A DNA stretch of 48,024 nt, counting the filler, from Jimgerdemannia flammicorona (lineage: Eukaryota), in assembly GCA_003990765.1 (NCBI GenBank). It is 2 parts of 2 records of this genome, joined end to end, with 100 filler letters (N's around TTAATTAATTAA, not from the genome) between each part and the next. Parts side by side here need not be neighbours in the genome. Positions count along the whole stretch, not along the records: positions 1 to 23,964 come from RBNJ01001040.1; positions 24,065 to 48,024 come from RBNJ01001041.1. The stretch is one strand, 5' to 3'. The translations under genes were made by a program, and so were the position numbers. The notes under the pieces were generated by a model. The model saw nothing but the letters and a program-made list of their open reading frames with translations. It did no database searches and had not been told where the DNA came from. Of the stretch, positions 13,201 through 25,390 are shown piece after piece (position 1 is the first letter of the stretch; every line of letters starts with the position of its first letter).

Positions 13201-15889
13201 TTCTGAAGTCTATAACTAGTCTCCATTCTCCTTTCTTTGGTACTATGTATGATTGCTAGTGAAGTCCAGGGGCTTAATGAGAGTCTAATAACTCTATTTT
13301 ATAGTATTTTATCTATATATTATTATTTAAACTTGATCAGGTGATGTGGTATTCAATAGAGTCATTGTTATATTGGTTTGGCATCTCCTATATATATTGT
13401 ATATTCTCTATATTAATATAGTGAAAAGTTATTATATGTAGTATTAAATATATCTTTATATTTTTCTATCAACTTCTATATCTATTATTACTGATTCTTA
13501 GTTAAAGTTGTCTCAATATCAATAGCTTTGATTACTGAGTCTTACCATTAGTCTCATCAGAGAGAGTTTGCCATTTCTCAAAAATTTAAAAATTTCTTCC
13601 TTGTAGGTACATATCTATCAATAGTTCAAAATATTTCAATATTATTCCTTTGGAAATTATTACTACTTTGAAGTCTAGATTTCAAATAGGAATATGGATT
13701 AGTGACATCTAATTATAGATTTGTTCTTCAGTTAAAAAAAGATAATATTTTTCTTAAAGATTTATTAATAGCTCAAATATCAGATTATTGGTATCTATAG
13801 ATAGGTATATATCAAGGCTTCTTTGTTGATATAGTTGAAGGAGGATATCTTCTCTTACTTGAATAGAATGATAGATATATAGTCTCATTTGATGGAACTA
13901 AGCTACTATTACTAAGTAAACTTTAACAAGTAGTGGTTGAGGAGTTCTATTGGTACTTTCAAATTCTCTATATTCTCTTCTAGTATTGTCTAGTTGATTT
14001 ATCTCTTGAATAGTAGGCTGTGATATCTTGATAAATAGAATTTAACAAATAGTTTTCAAGAGATTGAAGGTTTAGTCTGTTGTAAATAATAACCTTCAGA
14101 GAATCTCAATAATCCTGATCAATGATTCTTCCTTCTACTATAATTCTTTTAACTACTAGAGATGATTTTGATACTAGTTGTCTATAGTGTCCAGATGATA
14201 TAGTAAGTACAATCTTAAGGTCAAAGGTTCTAGTAGTTCTAGGATAGAGCATTGCCTGATAGAGGAGATAGAGGTCATATCCTACTGATTATTCTATTTG
14301 TACAGAGGAGGTTATAATCAAAGTGATAGCAGTTTAACTTAGATAATTAACTGGGTCTTGAGAAATGATACCTCAGTAGTCATTACTACAAAAGAGAACT
14401 CTATATATTCTGGCTTAAATAATGGCTAATATATTTCAGTCTTTGAGTTTCTTGTATAATTGAATTCAGTTCTTCTAAGTAGATCTAAGTCTTCTATAAT
14501 GAAGAAGGCAAGGTTGACTTCTTGTTTACCTTGGTATAGTCAGTAATATCAATAGATGATAATAAGAATTTCTAATAGTAGATCCCAGATAGAGGTCTTG
14601 TTTTTAGCTTTATAGTCTTCTTCATGATTGATTTCTTTATATTTTCAATAGGCCCAGTAAATTCAAAATTTTTGTAAGATGAGATCTCTCCTTTTAACTT
14701 AACTCTTATAGATATTTTCACTAAGGTAGATACTTTGGTACTCACACCAGTAGTAGGTAAAGGTTTTTCCACAATTACAGTATCCTTGTCTGATGAATTT
14801 TTCATTCTGCTGTTTAATCTTCTTATTTATTAGATACCTCTTTTGATATTTATCATAGGTAAGTAGAATGATCTAGAGGACTTGGGTGATGGTATAAGTA
14901 CTGTTATTATTACCTTTGATTGTGAGAGTCTCAAAAGGTTAGTGAGAGAAGATCTTTTGTTCTTCTTTATAGGTCTTCTTGAAAACTTTAGAGATAAATA
15001 GTTATATTCATATAAGGACTGAAACTTATTTTAACTTATCCTTATCTTCAATTACTAGTATTGAAACCTTCTTAAGATTAAGAATTTAACAGTTACTATA
15101 GTTATCTCTTAGTAAGTAGAAATGGTTATAGTGTTTATATATATCTAGGCAGAAGGCTTATATAATTCAGTTTTTCTTCAAAGGTAGTAGTAGTTATATA
15201 AATAGTCCTGTAAATTTACACACTACTTCTTTACTGATAGCCCAATCAATACTTTCTTCTAGGCTTTTAGTATTGATTACTCTAACAAAAAGGTCTTCTT
15301 AACTATCTTTAGAGTCTCTAGGAGTATCAAAATCACTTTCTAGCTCTTGCAGGAAATTTGCTTCACTTTTGTTCTCAGTAGTAGTGAGTATATCTCTATA
15401 TCTTTGTTATTCTATCTTAGAGACTTGACTTGATTTTCTTAATCCTTTTAACTCAATTAGTACCTTGTGCTTTTGTCTATAAAAGGTAAAGACCAGAAGT
15501 TGCTTCTTGATATCTATATTGGCTCCAACTTAGTATAACTAGTTAGTTCTCAGAATTAGATCATAGAAGGTTGCTGGGGTTACAATAGCTTAAGATATAT
15601 TGAGGCAGGCCTTTTCAACTTGAATGGGTATATCTCTGACTAATCCAAGGGGGGTAGATGCTGATCCATCTGCTATAATAACTCTTGCTTTGGTTTCTTC
15701 ATCAATTCTCTATCCAATTCTTTTTAATATTTGCTGAGTGATGATATAAACTACTGCTCTAGTATCAATATGAATTCTGATATTTTCACTATATATTTTT
15801 TTATTAGCTAGTCTTATAGATTGATATTCTTAGCAATAGTATTTATAAACTATATTAATAGTACTAAGCTCTAGTATATACATATATAT

Positions 15890-16070
15890 AATTCCTTACA
15901 AGCAATTTAAAAGATAACAAGATAGTTTAAAGATAAGAAGTTTGAAGACTATAAGACTTTGAGAAGATACTTCAATAAGAACTTACTTATAATAAACTTG
16001 AGTTAGTCTAAGAGATATATCTTGAAGAGAATCTGATATATTTGAAGGACTTAGTAATCACTATGTAACA
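15890..16070 (+). repeat. LTR 3'-end fragment of the G4 family
   Basis: About 180 bp aligns colinearly with 42913-43092 (e.g. AATAAGAACTTACTTATA..AAACTTGAGTTAGTCTAAGAGATATATCTT) and ends in TGTAACA. Confidence 0.8.
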
Positions 16071-16072
16071 TT

Positions 16073-16078
<6 letters not shown>

Positions 16079-16111
<33 letters not shown>

Positions 16112-16160
16112 TTTTTTTTTCTTTTTTTTTTATTTTTTTTCATTTTTTTTTTTTTTTCTT
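16079..16160. repeat. Interrupted poly(T) tract
   Basis: About 80 nt of T with isolated A/C interruptions. Confidence 0.9.
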
Positions 16161-16499
16161 CTTCTATATTTGAGATTTTCTATCATTGAGATTTATCTAT
16201 ATTCATTATTTTTATTATGATTTCTTATGTCTTAAGTATGGATAGATAGTATTCTTTTAGTATATTTATAGTTATTGCTTAGTTATTGCTTAGTTATATT
16301 ATATTCTCTTATATTATATTCATATATATTATCTCATTAAGCAGAAGTATTAAAATTTCTATTATTTTGACATCTTGATAATGTGACTTATATAACTATA
16401 TCATCTTTGAATTATATTACTTGATGTATAAATATGTTCTATCTGGAATAATAAATAATATTTCCTTTTCTCTCTACTCTATATTCTAACTAAGTTATA

Positions 16500-17000
16500 A
16501 TACTTCTCAATGGAAATTACTAATGTCTTGACCATTGTTGACCTTCTTTATAGTCTCACACTCAGATATAGACTCTCAGAAGAACTTATTCCTGACTGAA
16601 ATATAGAATTTATCAATAATATAAGTATAAATTATACTTAAATTTATAAGATCTATCTGAAGCAAATTATTATACTACCTATAAACCAATGGTATAATAG
16701 AATAAATAAATCAGACTATTAAGAAAAGACTGCCAAAGTTAATTCTATCATCTGAGATATGTATCTACTTATCTGAGATCCTATGGGAAATTTGAAATAT
16801 CCCTACTATCTCTATTAAACAAAAGATATTCAAAATAATATTTATTAAGAAAACCAGAACTGCTGATGATAAGAACCTTAGAGACCTTTTCAAAAAGACA
16901 GAATAATTTTATAATTAAGTATAAACTCAGATAATCAAGGCCTAGAAAGGTAAAAGAAGTACTATAACTAGAAGTAGAAGAATTAGATAATTAAGATTAA
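16500..17000 (+). mobile_element. Decayed Gypsy-type integrase fragment
   Basis: RYRLSEELIPD*NIEFINN (cf. RYGxPxxxxSDxGxEF) and YYL*TNGIIE*INQTIK (cf. YHPQTNGxxERxNxTLK). Confidence 0.6.
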
Positions 17001-18612
17001 TGGTCAAGTTCATATTTGGAGAAGTATGATTGAATTTGAATATTATCTTATATATAATATTAAAAGAAACAGTATCTATATAAGAAATATAAATAGATAT
17101 ACTCTGAGAACTTTAATATATATTAATTATCTCAAGATATATATATTTATCTCCTATACAATAATTCAGAAAATTGATCAGCACCTCTAGACTCTTATTC
17201 TCAGTTCTCTTCAAGCTTTGCTAATTCCTCTATTTCAGTTTAAAAAACTATTGACAACTACCTCTAATTTATTCAGATTTATTAAAAGAATCTCACTATA
17301 GCTCAGTAACTCTCAGAAATTTACTAGCTAAAAGTATACTATACTATTAGAGAATAACTACAAGATCTCTCAATCCTTAAGTATATCTATATCAGATATA
17401 TTACAGATCTTATTTGAAGGAATGTTATTATAGCAAATATACTCTATATCATCTATAAGTAAAATATAGAAGTATTAACCCAGGTCTAATTTTATCTTGA
17501 AGATATCTACAGAATGATCCCTATCACTTATCAGAGTATTATCTATCATATTGAGATGCTATTCTTTAAAGTAGAAGAGAAGACTTTAGAATAGAGTAGC
17601 TCTGAAACTAAAAAAGATAATAGAATAAAAACAGATATAGAAAATATTTACTTATATTGAAATGATAACTAAAGAATAGTCTGAGATAGACTATTCTTTA
17701 GTAGAGGCTGATATATATAACAAGCTAGCAGAAAAATATACCAAACTACTATGTAAATTAGTTATTATAATTTAGCTATATATTATATCAGATATACTAA
17801 ATAATATTTAGCTATATATTATATTAAATATATTAGATAACCAGAACTGCTCTACTATACTAACTTGAATAAATAACTCAGATAGTCAAATAAGGATACA
17901 AAGTATGTCTAGCTAGTATATTGTACTAGAATTTGAGATTTATATTTTCAATAAGAGTAGCTAAATATTATTAGAAAATAATAATCTATAATTAGTCATA
18001 TAGTAACTAGCTATAATTATAAATATTCTAGAGAAAAGAGTGAATAAACCTCAGTTTAAAAATCTGAATTCAAAAGTAAAAACAAGTCTGCCTACTTTAC
18101 TTTAAAGGATATATCTGTCAAAAGTTACTTGATTTAAGAAGAATTGTAATACTTAAGAGAAATATCCACTCAAAAGTCACTTTTAGAAGATTGTAAGCTT
18201 TATTCTAAATTCACACTCTGGTCTACTTTCCAATATAAAGAAGAGAATAATCAGAAAATTAAAGTAAAAAGCTAATTAACTAATATACTTAAAAAGAGAA
18301 ATTTATTAACAAACTACTATTAAGAAGTTGAATCTATCTATATAAAACTAGTTTAATATAAGATATGACTGTTTTGTACCTATATTTAGAAGCAAGATTT
18401 TAAATATTTATAACTTTTAAAATTATAATAGTTTTTAAAAAAAAATTTACTAATAATTTTTTTTTTTTTTTTAAAATAAATTTAGATATATTTTTAACAG
18501 AAAAACAATATTTCAAAAAATCATTTTTTTCAAACTTTAATTTGTCTACTAAATGATTTTAAAAGACAATCTTATTTATAGTTAAAGAGATAGTAAATAA
18601 ACTAGTTTATAT

Positions 18613-20889
18613 TGTGACAGTATAGCCAAATTAGGAAGAAGGAAATAGGGAATAGACACTTGATCGCACCCATTCCTAAAGTAGTATAGCCTTATAGTTA
18701 GCAGTCCTCAATTTCGACATTGTCTAAATTCTTAGACATTGTCTAAATTTTAGACATTATCCAAATCGGATACCCTGATTTAGTATAGCATTTAGACATT
18801 GTCCAAATGTTTCGACAAAGTCCAAATGACTCATTTATTACTTAGCCACCCTCTCATAGCTAGCAAACTTGTATAAATAACCCAGTATCTTCGAGTGAAT
18901 AAACCTCAGATCGAAATAGTTCAAAGCAAAGAGATAGCAAAGGAACTAGTAAGCCTGTGGGCAGATATACTTCGAACTCACCCACCCTCCCCTGCAACTT
19001 CAAGAGACTCTGCGAGAGTCAGAACAGTCAAGTTTTCAAGATACAGAAATCTGACATACTTTCAAGAGTAAGCGCTGCTACATTACAACTTAGTGCCCAT
19101 TGGCTGGTGATTCAAGACAAATTCCTCACTTTCAAGCTGAACAATGAACAACCACTACTATTCGAACAACCATACAAACCAAGCCCCAATACCCAGACAA
19201 GATGGATATGAGACCACCAGTATTCCATGGATATACCTCAGATGAATCAATCATCACCTTCATTGACGATTTCGAGCAGTATGCTGCTGTAAGGACTCTG
19301 ACAGCAGCATAGCAAGTAGCCCTCATGCCCTTCAGCCTACGAGGCCCTGCCAGAGCAGCATTCATAGCTGCAACCCATGCAGGAAATGATGCCAATGCTG
19401 TACTGACAGCACAGAAGACCTGGCTCCGAAATACATATTACACAGATGAGATCAAGCAAGCCCTGAAGGATTAGCTCAATACAACATACCAAGGAATGAG
19501 CGAGGATCCAAACATATTCTATACCAGAATTGATATCAGATAATCCTTGCAGATTATGCTGCTGCTATCCGAGATCAAATAGCTGAAGTAACCTTCATGA
19601 AAGGAGTCCATCCAGAAATAGCCATGGCCATCTGCTCATCACCAGTGATTCTGGATCTGCCACAGAAGGTCACCTATGCTCAGCGATACTGAATAGCCAG
19701 ACACCCACAAGACCATATAATGGAAAGAGTTACAGGAGTCAGAATCGAGGCACCCAAGGCAACCAGTGTGATCCTCACCATAATGATCAATCGAAACACA
19801 CCTCAGCCAAAAGCTACAGAGCAGCAAAAGAACAGTGACCCTATGGAGGAACTTGCCAAAAGGTTTGCTGAAATAACTGCCCACCTGGGAGATGTGGTAA
19901 AGGAAATCTGAAGAAGAGATTGCTGCCCTGTTCAGAAGTTTGCTGCCACCTCAGACAAGAAGAAAGGTACCTACTACAGCTGTGGAGAAGAAGGCCACTA
20001 CTCCTATGAATTAGTGAGTGAAACCAAATGCAAGGCTCAACCAAGCAATACTACATGAAACAAGGAGCAGGCCAATACAATCACCTTTGAAGAAATTGGA
20101 GAATCCGATGAAGAGGAATGGGAGGCCTATCCTGCTCAGACCACCAAGAAGGATGTTTGCAAAGAACCCTACAAGAGACCACCAGGAAGACCCAAGAAGA
20201 ACCCAGTAGAAAAGTGGATGGAAACTGCCACAGAAAGCGAAGCCAAAGAGATGGACCAAGATATCAAGCTGGAGCAAGCAGTTCAAGATATCATCTGAGG
20301 GACCACTCCAGCCAGTGAAGGAGAAAAAGAAAAGAAGCTTCGCAAGACCAAGACCTTCAAGTATAATATCTTCAAGGATCTCAGTCAACAAAAGGTCAAT
20401 GCAACCTTTGGTCAGCTCACAGAAATCCCAATATTCAGACAGCAAATGAGGTTTGGACTTGCTGAAATAACTAAGGAACAAGGATGGAAGATAACTGAGG
20501 CCAATAATATTCAAGAGGACTCAGGAGAAGAAAGTGAGAATTATTGCAAAACCTCTGCTTATGCAACATGCCAAATCAAAGATAGAACCTTTGAAGCCAT
20601 CATTGATATGGGAGCAGGAGGATGTCTCCTCAGTAAGAAGACAGCAGACTGCCTAGGTTGGGATATAGAAGAAGCAACCAAGCTAGTATTCATCACAGCT
20701 GATGGCACAAGAGCCACACCTCTGGGAAAGATCTGAGATGTTCCCATTAAGATCGGAGGAGCAACAATCCTAGTAAATATAATCGTAACCAATGCCACCA
20801 ACTATGACATTCTCATCAGCAATCAATGGCTTCATAAAGCCAAGGCAGTAATCGATCTCAATGCCCAGAAGATGCAAATCACCTACCAG
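18613..20889 (+). mobile_element. G2: 5' part of a Ty3/Gypsy element (LTR 18613-19087, gag, zinc knuckle, protease), interrupted by G3
   Basis: TGTGA...TTACA LTR with TATAAATA and AATAAA. Gag MDMRPPVFHG...FIDDFEQYA starts at 19202, followed by knuckle relic YSCGEEGHYSYE (~19975) and protease FEAIIDMGAGG (ORF 20446-20736). Confidence 0.85.
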
Positions 20890-23800
20890 TGTAAGAGGGT
20901 TACTTTTTAGGGTAACCATTACGTAGTTCTGGAAAGGTTTTCTGGATATTCTGGATGTTCTGGAAGACCGTTTTCTTATGGTCAAGATCAATTTCGTATG
21001 GAGTACATCCTCTACGCTTATTGATTTCAAGATCGGGTTGACGTCTCAACCAAAGTCCTTTTCTGGACTAGTTCTGGATGTTCAGGATTTTCCGTATTTC
21101 AGGAAGTTCAAGAAACTAAGACCAGCTTAGTTGAATTGGCATATTGCTGCAGACAATACCCAATTAGGAAATTTCGTGATGGGGTTAGGAGTAGGACCTA
21201 ACAGGGAGCAGATTTACTTAAGAGTGGTTTGTGGGTTATGGAATAGGTTTATTTGCTATTTATGATATTGCTATACTAGGAGTATTTGTGTGAAGGGATA
21301 TTGTGGGGAAGTGCTCAGGAGTTGTGTTCGGATTGTTCAAGTCTGAGATTCTGAGGTCTGGGAGAGGGGGTATTTATACTAGTGAGGGGCTATCTGGACT
21401 ATGCTAAATATAGATGTAGCACTAAGTGCCTTGCTGAGTCGGAATGCAGTCACGTAGTATAAGTATGATCTGACATGTCAAGAGATCGTCTGACTGCTGA
21501 GTCAGTTCACAGTCACGTCATATAAGGCTAATCTATCTATACTATGACTGCTAGACTATTTATAGGTTTAGACACTGTCTGGGTAGTCTTTGATGACATC
21601 ACCATCGATTGCATCATCTCTGATGAAGTAGTCGTCTAGGAGGAGTGGTTCGCGGATTACTTCTCCTTGTTCACTGAGGTAGTAATATATTGAAACTTCA
21701 TCTCCATCCCACAGGATAGCATCGTCTGTTTCATATGCTGGATAAGGTGTTGGTGGGCAAAGGATGGGTGTATTGTCTTCACTTTCATTGGATTCACTAT
21801 CTGCATACCTTCTATAGGTTATGGCACTATGAGTTGTAGGGTTATAGTATGCTGGTGGCTGTGGTTCGTGTCACTCATACTCGGGTAGTGGAGTGGTTGG
21901 TTCGATCTCGAGGGTTGTCTGAAGGTACAGGTTGTGTTCTCCAGTCTCTTCATTATAATTGAAGTAATCGGGGGTGAATGCGGGTTGGTATTCGTGCCAG
22001 TGATCATTGCCCCAATAAGTCTTGTATGCAGTTATGAACTGTTGTAAGTTCATTGGCAAGGTTGGTAGAGTGATCAGGGTTGGCAGAGATCCTTGGCTAG
22101 AGGTCATGTCGGCGTCAGAGGGATCATTGTCTTCTGCTTCATCTTCATCGAAGTGGATTATATCGTAGACGTCCTTCATGACATATCCAACTTGAGGCAT
22201 TTGCAGGATATGGTCGTCAGGGTGCGGGAAGGTTCTGTCTGTGGTCTGGACATATTCGAGGTACTTGTGGTTGATTTCTTGTATCATGTCATCGATTTGG
22301 CCATAGGACAGGGTAGCAACCATTTCGCTGGTAGTAACTCAGAGGTGGGAAATAAAGGTGTTGTACTCATAGAAGAGTTCTTGATGTTTGTGGGCGATGA
22401 GCTTCTGGTGTTGAGACATCTGGGTAATATCTGTATCATGGTGGTGTTCGACCATGTCTTCCAGGAGGTGGCCAATCTGGTAGTAGCTTGAGATTTGTCC
22501 GATTCGGTGGGCCTCGCTAAGCATGTTCAGGGCGTTCCATCAGGCTTCCACGAAGTAGAGGGGTGCCAGGCTATGGATATTCATGAGGGGCAGAGGGGGT
22601 GTGGCTCGGTTGACAATGGCATTCCAAATGTCAGTGCGGATATGGTTGTAGATCTCGGTGGTCATATTTGTGTGTTTGGAAGTTGTGGTTATTGTTTGTT
22701 TTGGTTTTCTGATTTGATGCGTCTCGGTGCTTGGTATATATGCATTTAGTCCTGATTGGTAAGGTTCCGTTTGTGTAGATCTTGTGTTCCGTGACTTCGT
22801 ATTGACTCAGCTTTATGTGCTGTGACTTCAGTTTGACTCAACTTCGTGATCAAGCAGGTGATTTCCAGGTTTATTCAGAGGTCGCATGTGATTTCAGTGG
22901 CTTGTTCAGAGGGTGACGTGTAATTTCGGTGGCTTGGAGGTTGTGTGCTTACAACTCTCCCCTTCTTAGCTTTCGATGTCCTTGTTGGGGCCTTCTAATT
23001 TGTTCTAGTGTTGTTATACTATTTAGGAGGTCAAAAGTCTGGTAAGGTCCATTTTTCTCAGAAAGTGACATGCTCATAGTACAGTTGCCTAACATGTTGG
23101 ATTTACACGTTAAAGGGTCATATGTTTAATGCCATACACCGGAAGTGATTCTGACGTCATTCACTGCTGGAGAATTTCCTCTAAGGAATCTTCTTAAATG
23201 TCTATACCTCGTTTCCCACCAGTAGTATGGGAAGAATAGGCTTGCTTTCAGTTTTGCTATTTTTCCAGGGATTCAGTAGTCTTGTCTAGTTTTGCTGAGT
23301 TCTCGACTTAGTTCATGATAGTTATAATGTTCAGGAGGGTAATATATAGTATGTATAGATAGGTGCAGAGTTTTTGGTTCTAGTTGTTCAAGGAATCATA
23401 TTCCTGAACTAGGTCAGTAGCATTCTGGAGATTGGTCTTGGGTTCCCAGATTGCATCATGGATCGAGTAACCTTTCCATTTGACAAGGTACTTGAGATGG
23501 TTCTTGTTGCCACATTTGTTGAGGATTTGTTCAACTTCATACTCTTCTTGGTCATTAATAATGACAGGTGCAGGTGGTTTGGTGGTCCGATTTGGAAATA
23601 GCTCATCATTATTGTTATTGTATTGCTTGAGACATTGAACATTAAAGACTGGGTGAATCTTAATGGTATCTGGTAGTGTCAGTTTGTAGGAGGTTGGAGA
23701 GACTCATGCAATGACTTCGAATGGTCCAATGAACTTGCTGTTCAGCTTTGTAGATGGTCTGTGCTTGAGGTTGTCAACTCGGTATCCTCTGATGTCCAGT

Positions 23801-23964
23801 AGAACTTTTTCTCCAATATCAAAGGTTTCTTCTCGGCGGTGTTGGTTAACATACTGTGACTGTTGTTCTTGAGCTCGTGATAAATTCTCAATTGCGATCT
23901 GGCTTAGATTGCGCATTCGGAGTAGGAATTCTTCAACAGCTTCGACTGTGGAGGGTTCTTCAGT
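20890..23964 (-). mobile_element. G3: 3' part of a chromodomain-bearing Ty3/Gypsy element with a 2064-bp 3' LTR (22953-20890)
   Basis: Integrase C-terminus KLNSKFIGPFEVI (23704-23916) and chromodomain EEYEVEQIL...YLVKWKGYSIHDAIWEP (~23420-23550). PPT AAGAAGGGGAGAG lies immediately before TGTAAG at 22953. The other end at 20890 is the inverted TGTAAG, exactly where G2 protease coding stops. Confidence 0.85.
21568..22665 (-). pseudogene. 365-codon extra ORF of unknown function inside the G3 LTR, broken only by three TGA codons
   Basis: One frame runs from ATG 22665 to TAA 21570-21568 and joins track ORFs 22339-22524 and 21871-22323. Internal stops are at 22542, 22341 and 21873, all TGA, compatible with CGA>TGA. 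Confidence 0.8.
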
Positions 23965-24064
23965 NNNNNNNNNNNNNNNNNNNNNNNNNNNNNNNNNNNN
24001 NNNNNNNNTTAATTAATTAANNNNNNNNNNNNNNNNNNNNNNNNNNNNNNNNNNNNNNNNNNNN
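23965..24064. other. Artificial assembly linker N44-TTAATTAATTAA-N44
   Basis: Symmetric 100-nt spacer containing the six-frame stop oligo used to join contigs. Confidence 0.97.
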
Positions 24065-25390
24065 TTATAGTCCCTTGGACTCCATCTTTATTACCAGTCT
24101 ATGAATAAGTATACAATATCACCACCCACTATCCGATCCCCATCGGGGGGCCCCTCCCCACCTCTTCACATATAAAGACCACTCTCTCACTAACTACTCC
24201 AACTCTCCCACCACTCTGACCACAGATTTTCACCACCAAGCAGTACCTCCAACCCCTCTGCAGCCCCCAACCAAGCCACCAGCCTGTCAAGGTATCCTCC
24301 ATACGGCACTGCCACCTTGATAACCTGCTCCCCAAGCTCTGTTGCCTCTCCTCCTTAAATACAAATAGCCAGTAACTGGCCAGCCCAACCCAAATAGCCA
24401 ACACCCAGCCTAGAGTAATCCACTCCTCCCCTACCCCTCCTACCAACCGATCCCTCAGGTCCTCCCACCTCCCCCATATACCATCACTCCAACGTCTTAC
24501 CCCCAAGCGGTCCCCAATAGCCTGCCAAAAGACTTCCAACACCTCACACTCCCCTAGCCAATGTTCTGGTGTCTGTACAAATCCCCCTTCCTGCCCTACA
24601 TTATGGCACTCCTCATAGTCAAAGCTGCCCCCTACAACAAGGTGTCCTGAGCAGAAGTTAAGCATCACATTCCTCCTCAGCATGCACCACCAGACTACCC
24701 AGTACTTTGGCGGCATCCAATTTTTCACCACGGCACTCCAGGTCCAAACCCCATGCCAGTCCCACTCCTCACCAATTTCTACTCCTTGCCAACTGCTAGG
24801 CCACAGGTCCTGGCCTGGGCCCCTTCGGCACTCAATGCCATCACTAATATCAAACTCAAGTAAAGGCGTGCCTCCCAGAAGAATGCCATCCCATCTCCAC
24901 ATCGCCGGGCCTCAAGCCCTCTCCCCCTCATTCCCTCACCAGCAAATACCGATGCAGTGAGCTCTCTCAGCTATCCCCCACCAGAAGCCTTTATATCTCA
25001 GTTGTGCAGTGTTCTGAAGCCCAACTAATGAAAGGAGATCCCCAGTCAAGCCTCTTGGAGAAGTCCACCTCTCCCAAACCTTCTGCAGCAGGGGGACCCA
25101 GCCCCCTCTGCATAACTCCACTACCCTCCGAAGCCACCATACCCTCAAGCAGTGTAGTCGTTTGGAGAAGTCCACCAGCCCAAGACCACCTCTTGCCACC
25201 AGTAGAGACAAAGTCTCCCAATCAATCTGGCTCCGTCTGCCAGCCCAAATCCATCCTTTGGCCACCTTCACCAGTCTCTTCACCACCCAGGCCAGGAAGT
25301 CCAGATGATAAGCCAAGTACCACAGCTTCGGCAGCCAGTATACATTCAAAATGAGATTCTTCCTGCCAGAGAGAAGTATCTTCCCCCCCC
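24065..25390 (-). mobile_element. 5'-truncated LINE copy (L1/Tx1-like ORF2 C-terminus) abutting G4 protease coding sequence
   Basis: Contains LILNVYWLPKLWY...GGLGLVDF and a Cys/His relic EECHNV...TPEHWLGEC. Its 3' end GTAATAAAGATGGAGTCCAAGGGACTATAA matches the termini at 3481 and 4490; the poly(A) would fall in the gap. Confidence 0.88.

Larger units (their letters stand above)
9000..15830 (-). mobile_element. G1: strongly decayed Ty3/Gypsy element (PR-dUTPase-RT-RNaseH-IN + 3' extra ORF); ends approximate
   Basis: Minus-strand remnants: protease HIDTRAV...ADGSASTPLG (~15640-15775), dUTPase SVGYDLY...RREYREFEST (~13950-14300), RT VLVYIDNVII (~12900-12930), RNase H FILTTDAS (ORF 12326-12511) and integrase GIDIIGPL...DYLIKWPEVF (~11580-11675). 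Confidence 0.85.

Noticed and set aside
18712..18826. CRISPR-like array
   Set aside because: The repeats are nearly abutting with no unique spacers, sit inside an LTR, and the context is eukaryotic.
21568..22665. TGA recoding (selenocysteine or alternative genetic code) in TE ORFs
   Set aside because: CGA>TGA deamination explains these stops. TAG and TAA stops occur in other copies, and NDUFAF3 ends in TGA.
23162..23190. CTCTAAGGAAT in the G3 3' UTR as a fifth copy of the conserved element
   Set aside because: It is antisense to the element and the other blocks are missing.
23965..24064. TTAATTAATTAA palindrome as a biological site
   Set aside because: It is centred in symmetric N runs and is a standard six-frame-stop contig linker.
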